From an uncultured Gemmatimonadales bacterium (lineage in GTDB: Bacteria; Gemmatimonadota; Gemmatimonadetes; Gemmatimonadales; Gemmatimonadaceae), in contig CAWKMU010000003.1 in assembly GCA_963850905.1 (NCBI GenBank), positions 1,120,001-1,184,000 on the forward strand: a DNA stretch of 64,000 nt, read 5' to 3'. Each line of letters begins with the position of its first letter. Within the stretch, counting starts at the first letter, position 1. The translations under genes and the position numbers were made by a program. The notes below the pieces were generated by a model. That model was given only the letters and a program-made list of their open reading frames with translations, ran no database searches and was not told the DNA's origin. Shown here piece after piece: positions 31,016-39,545 of this stretch.

Positions 31016-33316
31016 TCAGCGTGTCATGCGGCGCACGGGTGCGCTTCGGACAGCGGCGAGGGGCGATTGGGTCGAAGCATGCCGCCCACCGCCGAGAACG
31101 CTGTACATTGGCACGCCGGCCGGCGGCGGAACGAAGGCGATGGACGTCGGCACGTCACCAGAAGGCCCGAATGTAGATGCGGGAACTCCGAACGTCCCCG
31201 TGGTAGTGGGGAGCTCTACTTTCGCAACCACCCCCACCGTCCCCGAGAGCCCGTTCGACTGCACGAGCCACAGGTTGCCCGCCCCGTCGAATGCGACCGA
31301 CGTGATCGGAGTCATGCCGCCGCTGACCTCAACGATCGCGAACGGTGATGGGGCGCTGTTGTGCTGGATGTTGCCCAATTGGGCAGGGGTATACACGTAG
31401 AAACCGTAGGGGACTCCGGTGCCGAGGAACGACACCCACTGGTTGCCACTCGGGTCGAAGGCGATGGCACTCGGCTGCGCGCTGGCGTTCGGACCGACAT
31501 GCATGAAGCCAGAGGCCTGTCCGTTAAACCCTGAGCCGGAGAGCTGTCCTGGAAGCAGTTTGTACACGACCGACGTGGCGGCGTCTGCGATCCACATGTT
31601 GCCAGTGGCGTCGAAGGCGACCGCAGCGAGTTGTGCGTTGGTGACGTTTCCACCATTCGCCACGCTCGTGACCTGCAGCTTATAGGTCGGGTCAGCATCG
31701 ACGGGGTTCGCCGCGAGTGCGCTTGCCGAGTACCCATACAGCCAGCCCGAGTTATTGAAGTCCACCGCCCACAGCGTCTGGCTCACATTGAAGGCCATTC
31801 CACTCGGCTGTATTTGGTTTGTGGGGAGACCCGTACCGGCGATCTTGATCGACAGGTCGGAGCCCGTGCTCCCCAAATGGGCGGCCTTCTTTTCGTAGAG
31901 CGTGCCCGCCGACGGCGATGACAACCAGAGGTCGGCCTGCTGGTCGGCGGCGAGATAGCCAAGCCCGGTGACGTTGCTCGTCACCTTGTTGAACGTTCCG
32001 AAGGCGGGGGAAGGGTTCGCGAACTCATAGAGGATGCCGTCGCTGGTGCCGAGCCACAGAGCGCTCGGCACGGTTGTGACGTTGTAGGTCACTTTGACCG
32101 CGTCCGGCGCCGTTGCGAACATTGCATAGATCTCGACGGTCGCTTGGTTGGAACTGCCGGCTGCCGGTGGGCTGGCTGACAGGGTGATCACGTTGCCCGA
32201 CACTGTGGCCGTAAGCCAGGTCGCACTCGTAGGCGTGATGACCGCGGCGATCGGACCCAGTGTCCCAGTGCCCCCAACCGCGGCGACGGTTACGATCTGA
32301 TTGGGAGGCGGTTGGCTGCCGACGGCATTGAAGGTCACCGTCGACGGGGTGGCTGTGGCGGTCAGCAGCGGACAGGGTGAAGTGGCGGTCCAGTTTCCGA
32401 TGACAGTCCCGCCTGAATTGTTCTCGGTTCCACTCGCGGAGCTCGACGTGAAGGCGCCCGTGAGCGTGTTGGTGCTTCCCGCCCCGTACCCGACATTCGT
32501 CGTGAACGATGCGCTGCTGACGGTCCCGACATAGAGCGAACCGCTGTCGTTGACGGTGGCAACACGCCCCACAAACGCGTTCGAGCTGGTAATGGCGATC
32601 AAGAGCGCGCCAGAGCCGTACCCGGAGCCCGCGGGTGATTCGACGCCGCAGTAAGTCGTCAGCCCAACGAGCCCCGACGCGACCACAACCACTCCCGTGA
32701 GGGTCGTCGGGACCCCGAAGAGCGTGCAGTTAGCGGCCAACAGGTTGCCCAGGGTGCCGGTGCACGTGTCGCCGTTGCTGTCAGACACGGTGAACGATGT
32801 CCCGGTGGCCGATCCCGTCAACGTCAACGTCACTCCGTTGACCAACGTGATGGTGATGGAGGCACTCGGTCCGCCCCGGGGCCGCACGGGGTGACTCGCC
32901 GGGCCGGCTTCCACGGATCGATCGGACGCGACTCTACTCAAGCCCGCCGTTGTAATGCTCGCAGTGAACGATCCGGCGGCGACCGGGCTCACGACCGCGC
33001 CCGCATAGGTGGTGGTCGTCGAGCCGCCACCGCCGCCGCCACCGCCACCTCCGCCCCAACCTCCCCCCGCGCAGCGCCAATAGCGCTCGCCGTTCGTATC
33101 ACCGGCGCAGAGCCCCGATTGTCTCACCCTCTCTGGCGTGTGGCGCTGGCGCGCCCGCTGTCTGACTCCAGGTGGCAAATGCGACAGTCGCGCGTCAGAA
33201 AGCGAGGAGCGCGGCCTGGTGGCGCACACGCCATCCCGGCCGCCAAATTTGAGGTTTCGTAATCGAAGACATCGGCGACGAGCTTTCCATCGACGTGCCT
33301 GCTTCCTCGGGTCCAC
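31016..33316 (-). CDS. Large Ser/Thr/Gly-rich surface protein with BACON-like and NHL-like repeat domains; start uncertain (likely near 33120)
   Basis: Poly-Gly linker, ATWLTATVSG, repeated AFD..GN.W motifs; first ~60 aa look non-coding. Confidence 0.65.
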   Translation of the reverse strand: MDPRKQARRWKARRRCLRLRNLKFGGRDGVCATRPRSSLSDARLSHLPPGVRQRARQRHTPERVRQSGLCAGDTNGERYWRCAGGGWGGGGGGGGGGGSTTTTYAGAVVSPVAAGSFTASITTAGLSRVASDRSVEAGPASHPVRPRGGPSASITITLVNGVTLTLTGSATGTSFTVSDSNGDTCTGTLGNLLAANCTLFGVPTTLTGVVVVASGLVGLTTYCGVESPAGSGYGSGALLIAITSSNAFVGRVATVNDSGSLYVGTVSSASFTTNVGYGAGSTNTLTGAFTSSSASGTENNSGGTVIGNWTATSPCPLLTATATPSTVTFNAVGSQPPPNQIVTVAAVGGTGTLGPIAAVITPTSATWLTATVSGNVITLSASPPAAGSSNQATVEIYAMFATAPDAVKVTYNVTTVPSALWLGTSDGILYEFANPSPAFGTFNKVTSNVTGLGYLAADQQADLWLSSPSAGTLYEKKAAHLGSTGSDLSIKIAGTGLPTNQIQPSGMAFNVSQTLWAVDFNNSGWLYGYSASALAANPVDADPTYKLQVTSVANGGNVTNAQLAAVAFDATGNMWIADAATSVVYKLLPGQLSGSGFNGQASGFMHVGPNASAQPSAIAFDPSGNQWVSFLGTGVPYGFYVYTPAQLGNIQHNSAPSPFAIVEVSGGMTPITSVAFDGAGNLWLVQSNGLSGTVGVVAKVELPTTTGTFGVPASTFGPSGDVPTSIAFVPPPAGVPMYSVLGGGRHASTQSPLAAVRSAPVRRMTR

Positions 33317-33578
33317 GTATCAGCATCTGTGCGTGAAGTCGAGCATCTCGGTCAGTTCACGATGATCAACGACGCCCTCGTGGGCGACCCGCGAACACCT
33401 CGGACTCTGGGACGCTCAGATGGTCGAAGGCTCGAAATACCAGTACAGCTCACTCGACGCGATCGACCCGACCCCCGACCAGCCGGCGGGTCCCCGAGAG
33501 GGTCGACCTCCACGCGAGAAAGGCCGTCTTCGAGACGCGCGTCATTGGGTATCAGCCAGCCGCCGCGCTGACGCGGGG

Positions 33579-34697
33579 ATGAGGGCGGCTCCGGTCCGAT
33601 TCACGCAGGACGCCTCGCTCGCAACGGCGCGGGAGGCGATGCAGGAGATGAAGGCACGAGTCGCCGACTACTTCGCCAGTCGTCAGATCTCGTCCAAGGC
33701 GAACGCCGCGATGGTCGTCAAGGGTGTGTGCCTTGTCGCGCTGGCCGTCGTCCCGTACGCGCTCATTCTCTCCAACCGTTTCAACGCTTGGGGCATGCTG
33801 GGTCTCGCCATCCTCATGGGCATTGGGATCGCCGGGATCGGGTTCGGGATCGCCCACGACGCGCTCCACGGCGCGTATACCTCCCACGCTCGCTTGAACG
33901 ACGTCCTGGGCCTCTCCTTCGACGCCCTCGGTGCGAGCAGCTACATGTGGAAGATCACCCACAACATCGTCCACCACACTTACACGAACATTCACGGCGT
34001 GGACGAAGACCTCGCGGTCTCACCTCTACTCCGTCTCTCACCGAACGCCGAGCGACTGTGGTTCCACCGATTGCAGCATTTCTACGCGTTCCCGCTGTAC
34101 GCCTGCACGACGCTGTTCTGGGTGTTCGTTAAAGACTATCAGCAACTCCTTGGGCAGGATCTGGGACCCTACCGCGACAAACAGCACGACCGCCGGCAGG
34201 TCGCGATGCTCTGTGGCGCCAAATGCGTTTACTATAGCTACGCGCTCGCCATCCCCTTGGTGATCGTCCATCTCCCCTGGTGGCAGATCCTCGTCGGATT
34301 CTTGGCCATGCACCTGACCGCGGGGCTGATTCTGGGGATGGTGTTCCAGCTCGCGCACATTGTCGAGGACACCGCGCATCCGGTACCCGACGACGCGGGG
34401 CGTATGGCCACCGACTGGTGGCTGCACGAGATGCACACGACGGCCAATTTTGGCCAGCGCAATCGACTGCTCTCGTGGTATGTCGGTGGTCTGAACCACC
34501 AGATCGAGCACCACCTGTTCCCGAAAGTCTGCAGCGTGCACTACCCCGCGATCAGCGACATCGTGCGTGACGTCGCCCAGGCGCATGGCCTTCCGTATCA
34601 CGCCCAGCCGACATTCCGGGCGGCCCTCGCCTCCCACTATCGCATGCTGCGGCGGCTGGGGTCAGCGGGCACCGTCATGGGCGGACAGGCCGGATAG
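33579..34697 (+). CDS. Membrane fatty acid (acyl-CoA) desaturase
   Basis: His boxes HDALH, HNIVHH, HQIEHH. Confidence 0.93.
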   Translation: MRAAPVRFTQDASLATAREAMQEMKARVADYFASRQISSKANAAMVVKGVCLVALAVVPYALILSNRFNAWGMLGLAILMGIGIAGIGFGIAHDALHGAYTSHARLNDVLGLSFDALGASSYMWKITHNIVHHTYTNIHGVDEDLAVSPLLRLSPNAERLWFHRLQHFYAFPLYACTTLFWVFVKDYQQLLGQDLGPYRDKQHDRRQVAMLCGAKCVYYSYALAIPLVIVHLPWWQILVGFLAMHLTAGLILGMVFQLAHIVEDTAHPVPDDAGRMATDWWLHEMHTTANFGQRNRLLSWYVGGLNHQIEHHLFPKVCSVHYPAISDIVRDVAQAHGLPYHAQPTFRAALASHYRMLRRLGSAGTVMGGQAG

Positions 34698-34729
34698 GCG
34701 AGCGGTTTGCCTAGGTCTCCGCTGAACGG

Positions 34730-34762
34730 CGGGGTCTGGGGTCAGGGGTCAGGGGTCAGGGG
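34730..34762. repeat. GGGGTCA heptamer array
   Basis: About four tandem units downstream of the desaturase. Confidence 0.75.
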
Positions 34763-34859
34763 GACCTGCTCCCAGGAACTCAGGGGAGTTCGTGCTGTCG
34801 AAGCCCGAAGACGCACAACGTCGTGATGGTATTGCCTGACAGTCCGCGGCCACACCCAC

Positions 34860-36272
34860 CTATTTGATCCCCTGAATTGTCGCCGCCGGAGTAGCGTCGA
34901 AACTCCCGCCCAGCGCCAAGTCCAGGTTGACGCGGGTCAGTCGCTGAACGCCGTGCAACCTGGTGAGGTCAGCTTCGTTGACCAGCTGGTCGGCCTGGAG
35001 ATTCGTCACCCACAGCATGTCTCTCCGACCGGCCAAGTACTGCTCGGTGGCGATGCGAACGGCCTCGGCGCCGGCGCTCACCGCATTGGTTTCAAGCGGC
35101 AATTGCCTGGCCAGCAACTGGTCATTGGCCAGCAGGTCTTCCACCTCGCCGAAGGCTGTCAGCATGGCGCTGCCGTAGTGTGCGACGGCCTCCACTTCGC
35201 GCGCGCTCGTGATTCTGATCTTGGCGTGCAGCGCTCCGCCTTCAAAGATCGGCATCGTGATACCGATCGCCGCCGAGGCGAACCATGGGTTGAGGTTCAG
35301 CAACGACAGCAACTGGTCGTCGAGGCGGCCGGCCCCCAACGAGATCGATAGGTCGGGCCGAAGCGCCAGCTTCGCGGCTTCCTCTTCGCGAAATGCCGCA
35401 AGCACGCGGCGCTCCGCCGCAACGATGTCTGGGCGGCGCTCGAGCAGTGTTGCCGGAACGCCAGTCGCCGGCGTTGGGGGCAAGTTCGGGTACGCGACAG
35501 CCACTTCGATCTCGGCAGCGGGGTAGCGTCCCAGTAAGACCTCTAGGGCGCGCCGCGCCTCTCCAAACGATTGGCGCGCCGATTCAACCTGGCTCATCGC
35601 CGATTCCAGCCGGGCGCGGGTGTCGGCAACCTCGAGGTCGGTGTCTTTGCCCGCCGACCGACGTATCGTCGTTAGCTCGAGTAAATGGCGGTAGATCTCG
35701 ACGGCTTGCTCGGCGAGGGACAGCAGTTGGCGCGTTTCCGTGCACAGATACCATGACTTGGCCACTGTCGCGACGAGTGACTGGCGGGCGAACGCGTAAT
35801 CGAGCGCGGTGGCTTGGAAGCCGGCCGCGGCTGCGGCGCGCTGGGCGCGGAGCTTCCCCCAGATGTCTGCTTCCCACGCCACGCCGGCGTAGGCGCGCGT
35901 GCCGTTGAAAGTCGAGTCTTGACTCAGGTCACGGGTCGTACGCCCACCGATCTCCACCCCGATCTGAGGCAGCAGCTTCGAGCCGACCACGACGACTGCC
36001 TGCTGGGCGACCGCTACTCGCTCTGCCGCTTGGCGCAGGTCGAGATTGTTTACCAATGCCTCGGCTACTATCGCATTTAGCGTCGGGTCGTTCAGTGTGT
36101 GCAACCAGGCGTCGGTGACCGGACCGTTGCCGACTTCAGCTCTCCACGCGGCTGGGATACTCGTTGTCTTGGGCAACGCCTGCTGCACGACCTCGTTGTG
36201 CTCTGGAGCGTGCGAGAGCGAACAGCCAGCTGCCGCAGTGCCAAGTGCGGTGACGAGCACCCACGCGCGCAT
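34860..36272 (-). CDS. Outer-membrane efflux factor (TolC/NodT lipoprotein)
   Basis: Lipobox AAGC, NLDLRQA, WEADIWG, LLERRPDI, ALGG; ATG overlaps upstream TGA. Confidence 0.92.
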   Translation of the reverse strand: MRAWVLVTALGTAAAGCSLSHAPEHNEVVQQALPKTTSIPAAWRAEVGNGPVTDAWLHTLNDPTLNAIVAEALVNNLDLRQAAERVAVAQQAVVVVGSKLLPQIGVEIGGRTTRDLSQDSTFNGTRAYAGVAWEADIWGKLRAQRAAAAAGFQATALDYAFARQSLVATVAKSWYLCTETRQLLSLAEQAVEIYRHLLELTTIRRSAGKDTDLEVADTRARLESAMSQVESARQSFGEARRALEVLLGRYPAAEIEVAVAYPNLPPTPATGVPATLLERRPDIVAAERRVLAAFREEEAAKLALRPDLSISLGAGRLDDQLLSLLNLNPWFASAAIGITMPIFEGGALHAKIRITSAREVEAVAHYGSAMLTAFGEVEDLLANDQLLARQLPLETNAVSAGAEAVRIATEQYLAGRRDMLWVTNLQADQLVNEADLTRLHGVQRLTRVNLDLALGGSFDATPAATIQGIK

Positions 36273-37426
36273 CAGCCCGGGAATGGATATACCCAGTTGA
36301 ACCAGCTGTAAGCCCGGATGCCGATCTTGCGCAGGGGGACAAACCAGCTGGCAGGATTCGTGTAGATCGTCGCGCGTCCCTGTGTCCCAATCGGAAACTT
36401 CGACTGATCCGGATCGTCGAGCCGGATCGCCACCGCGAACTGGCCCTGTGGGATTTGGGTGGACACCGCCCTGAAATCGGGCAATGTGCCGCTTGGCAGC
36501 AGCTGGCCCGCGCCACTCCCCTGCCAGATCGCCTGCACGCTGCCCTTGAAGATCTGGCCTGGATACAAGTCGATCGCAGCTTCGACCGACTGCCCAGGCT
36601 TCACGTACTTCAGGGTCTCTTGGAAGAACGTGGCGAGCAGGTATCGGTCGGCATTGCAAATGAAGGTGGCGATGGCGCCGAAGCGGATGTCACCCGCGAC
36701 CATTCCGGGCCGCACCTGAAGATTGACGATGTAGCCGTCTTCGGGCGCCACCATCACAGTGTTGTCGAGATAGAACCGCGCCTGATCGAGCTCGGCTTGT
36801 GTCGTCGCCACCGCGGTGTTCACGCCGCCGATCTCCGACTGGTAGCTGAGGCGCGCCCGCTGTTCCTCGCCCTGGGCTTCCTTGATCGCCGCGCCGTCGG
36901 CGGCCACTTGTGCGCTCCATTTCTGCAGGTCCTCTTCCGGTCCAGCGTTCTTCTTCGCCAGATCTCCGGAAATCTTCTCCTGGTATTTCGCGTACACGAG
37001 CTCACTCCGGAGCCTCGCTACTTTCTCTGCCGCCACCTGAATATCGGCGGCCATGATCCGGACGTTCTGTTGTGCTTGGGCGAGTTGAGCCTCGAGCTGT
37101 TGGACCTTGGATTCGTAGATGCGCCGATCGAACTGGAAGAGCGGTGTCCCTTGCTTGACATGGACGTTCGGCGCCACGAGCACGGCAGTCACGAGAGTCG
37201 GCTCCGACAGGCGCGGGGTCAGTTGGATGGTGTGCTGGACAATCTTCGCCGTGGTCGCGAGGGGTGTCATGAAACGCAGGCCGATCATGAAAATGATCAG
37301 CAAGTGCAATCCGACGAGCGCCGAGACGACCCCCCATGCGATGCTGAACTTCAGCCATTTGAATTTGAAGAAGACCAACCACACCGCGACGGCGTAGATG
37401 GAGACCAGCACGAGGCCGGCAATCAC
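36272..37426 (-). CDS. HlyD-family membrane fusion protein (YibH/YiaV-like)
   Basis: Two N-terminal TM helices, VKQGTPLFQFD lipoyl-like half, coiled coil, APEDGYI. Confidence 0.9.
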   Translation of the reverse strand: MIAGLVLVSIYAVAVWLVFFKFKWLKFSIAWGVVSALVGLHLLIIFMIGLRFMTPLATTAKIVQHTIQLTPRLSEPTLVTAVLVAPNVHVKQGTPLFQFDRRIYESKVQQLEAQLAQAQQNVRIMAADIQVAAEKVARLRSELVYAKYQEKISGDLAKKNAGPEEDLQKWSAQVAADGAAIKEAQGEEQRARLSYQSEIGGVNTAVATTQAELDQARFYLDNTVMVAPEDGYIVNLQVRPGMVAGDIRFGAIATFICNADRYLLATFFQETLKYVKPGQSVEAAIDLYPGQIFKGSVQAIWQGSGAGQLLPSGTLPDFRAVSTQIPQGQFAVAIRLDDPDQSKFPIGTQGRATIYTNPASWFVPLRKIGIRAYSWFNWVYPFPG

Positions 37427-37438
37427 GGCTTCGTCCGC

Positions 37439-37822
37439 TTACGGTTTCTGGGGACTGGTCGAGGGGTCCGCGGTGCTCGCTGACCGCCTCATCACTTCGG
37501 GCTCCACAGCCACTGGGTGGCCGCGGAGGCGCGCCAGCTCTTTATCGATGTCCCTGTCTTCCACATTGGGGAAGCGCCGAATGTCGACGACGTTGGTTGG
37601 CTTGAACGCCCAGATGAAGGCCTGAATCCACGGAATGATTGTCGGCAGCAAGCCCGCCCAGCCAAGCAGTTTGACGGCTTCAGCCTCGGGGTGTTTGCGA
37701 GCGAGCGCAATCCGTCCTGGCAGGCCCGCAAGCCAGATAAAAGCTCCGAGCACCGCGAAGCCGGCGAGTGCTGCCGTGGCAAACGTCAGGTAGTCCCAAA
37801 CGTCGAGCTTAAACCCGAGCAC
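37439..37822 (-). CDS. DUF3302 (YibI/YiaW-like) membrane protein
   Basis: LPGRIA..RKHP.AEAV..GW..W..AFIWA. Confidence 0.85.
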   Translation of the reverse strand: MLGFKLDVWDYLTFATAALAGFAVLGAFIWLAGLPGRIALARKHPEAEAVKLLGWAGLLPTIIPWIQAFIWAFKPTNVVDIRRFPNVEDRDIDKELARLRGHPVAVEPEVMRRSASTADPSTSPQKP

Positions 37823-38215
37823 GCCGCTTCCCCTCTGCCTCGAATTCGCCGTAGCTGGGAGGGATGCGCGCTATCGAGGGCGAGCGCCACCGGATTAAGG
37901 TCTACACGGCGTGCCGAGCTCAAGGCCGTGATCGGAATGGACTGGTACTAAGCGTCGGATGACGTCCTCACCGCCGGTCTCACACTGGGCATGCGCATCC
38001 TGCCACTACGCGGCGTTACGCGATGCACTCTCCGGAGCAATTGCTCGAAGAGGACGCAGACCGTATCGCACGGCACATGGCCTCAGCGAGACAAGGCCGC
38101 AACCGGCCCTTCGCATCGAGCTGCAATATCGTTTTGGCCGTGCATCCGACACACTGCGAAACGAGCGCCGCATACGGGCGCTCGCAAACTCATTGCTGCT
38201 TTGGGACTTGGCGCA

Positions 38216-38288
<73 letters not shown>

Positions 38289-38451
38289 CCTGAGCTAACA
38301 AGCGCGGAGACATAGTGTTACGACCTCCCCGCGTCTTGCGGCCGCCGACGGGCCGTATCCAAATCCGGCGCGGCTCGTCGAAGAACGAGAGCGGGAAGGT
38401 AATCGCGCCGGCGGGACGCGAAAACCCCTGCCGCACAACGAGGAAACTGAC

Positions 38452-38682
38452 ATGCGTCACCGAATCCGGGCCGTGCACATGCTGCTGGTGGTGGGGTCGT
38501 TCGTGTCAACCATGACGCTCGCGGGATGTTTCCATGGCGGACCGCCCAACCCGTGGGTGCATGTCGAGGAGCCACGGTACGAAAAGTGGGAGCACGCGAC
38601 GCATCGTTCACACGTGCAATTCCAGACCCGCGGCGAGGATGAGCAGAAAGAGTATTGGCAGTGGAGAAGCAATAATTCCTGA
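38452..38682 (+). CDS. Small Trp/His-rich lipoprotein
   Basis: RBS GAGG, lipobox LAGC, paralogue at 39043. Confidence 0.8.
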   Translation: MRHRIRAVHMLLVVGSFVSTMTLAGCFHGGPPNPWVHVEEPRYEKWEHATHRSHVQFQTRGEDEQKEYWQWRSNNS

Positions 38683-38685
38683 GGA

Positions 38686-38864
38686 GCTGGACGCTGGACG
38701 CTGGACGCTGGACGTGGACGGTGGACGCTGGACGCTGGACGCTAGACGCTAGACGCTGGACGCTGGAGCTGGACGTCGGACGGTGGAGACAAACCTCGAG
38801 GCCAGCCGCGGTGACGCAGCTGGCCTCGAGTTTGTTCTTCTGGCGTCTAGCGTCCAGCGTCTAG
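38686..38864. repeat. Palindromic element: ~13 GCTGGAC-type units, ACAAAC-CTCGAGGCCAGC..GCTGGCCTCGAG-TTTGTTC core, 3 inverted units
   Basis: Read directly. Confidence 0.88.
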
Positions 38865-38928
38865 GTAATCCATCTGTATCGATGGATCGGTCGAGATCGA
38901 CACACCTGCCGTTGCTCGCGCAACCAAA

Positions 38929-38943
38929 CGGCACGGATGCTGC
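38929..38943 (+). promoter_or_regulatory. Candidate sigma-54 promoter
   Basis: cGGCACGgatgcTGC, close to consensus TGGCACG-N4-TTGC, ~100 bp before ATG 39043. Confidence 0.55.
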
Positions 38944-39042
38944 TTTATCGGCCGCATTCATCGCAGCCCGCGGACGTCGAAGTGGCACGATCGCGGGGCG
39001 CGATCAGCGGCCACCCTTGTCCCCCCAAGGAGGAAACGCGGT

Positions 39043-39286
39043 ATGCGTGCACGCTTTCATGGTCTCACCTTGACGTTGTTGTTCGCCGGCCTCGCATCCG
39101 TCACGACCGTCGGCTGCTATCATCACCATGACTACGACTACCGTCTCCGTTCACTGGACGACCGGCGAAGAGCCGTACTACGAGAGCTGGGAAAGGGAGA
39201 CGCATCGCGATCACAGGGACTACTCGCAACGCAGCGCTGACGAGCAGCACTCGTATTGGGACTGGCGGCATAGTCATCAGAGCTGA
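39043..39286 (+). CDS. Second small Trp/His-rich lipoprotein, frameshift near 39130
   Basis: Signal peptide ..TVGC in one frame; TTTVSVHWTTGEEPYYESWERETHRDHRDYSQRSADEQHSYWDWRHSHQS in another frame aligns with 38452 product. Confidence 0.78.
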
Positions 39287-39345
39287 CACGCCGGGATCAA
39301 CGAGGGGTCGGGGGACGACAACCGGGCATGACCGGGTGCGACGGT

Positions 39346-39484
39346 GGGCGGCCTAAAGGCCGCCCCTACATGTCGGTGCGGACGGTGGGAAAACTGGGTG
39401 GTCTACGGACGTTTCGTTCGTGCGTCGAAGAAAAGATCGAGATGCTGTCTGCAGCAACATGTAGGGGCGGGCTTCAGCCCGCCC
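39346..39484. repeat. GTAG-type REP doublet (REPIN-like), 139 bp
   Basis: GGGCGGCCTAAAGGCCGCCCCTAC..GTAGGGGCGGGCTTCAGCCCGCCC; same length and ends as 49602-49740. Confidence 0.85.
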
Positions 39485-39545
39485 GGTTGTTGTTGTGAGT
39501 CGTCCTCGCTGATCCTGATCCCCGACCCCACCGTTCCGTCTCGAG

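Noticed and set aside
38686..38780. Possible CRISPR array
   Set aside because: Contiguous 7-bp units with no spacers and no cas genes
38983..38998. Second sigma-54 promoter TGGCACG
   Set aside because: No GC at the -12 position
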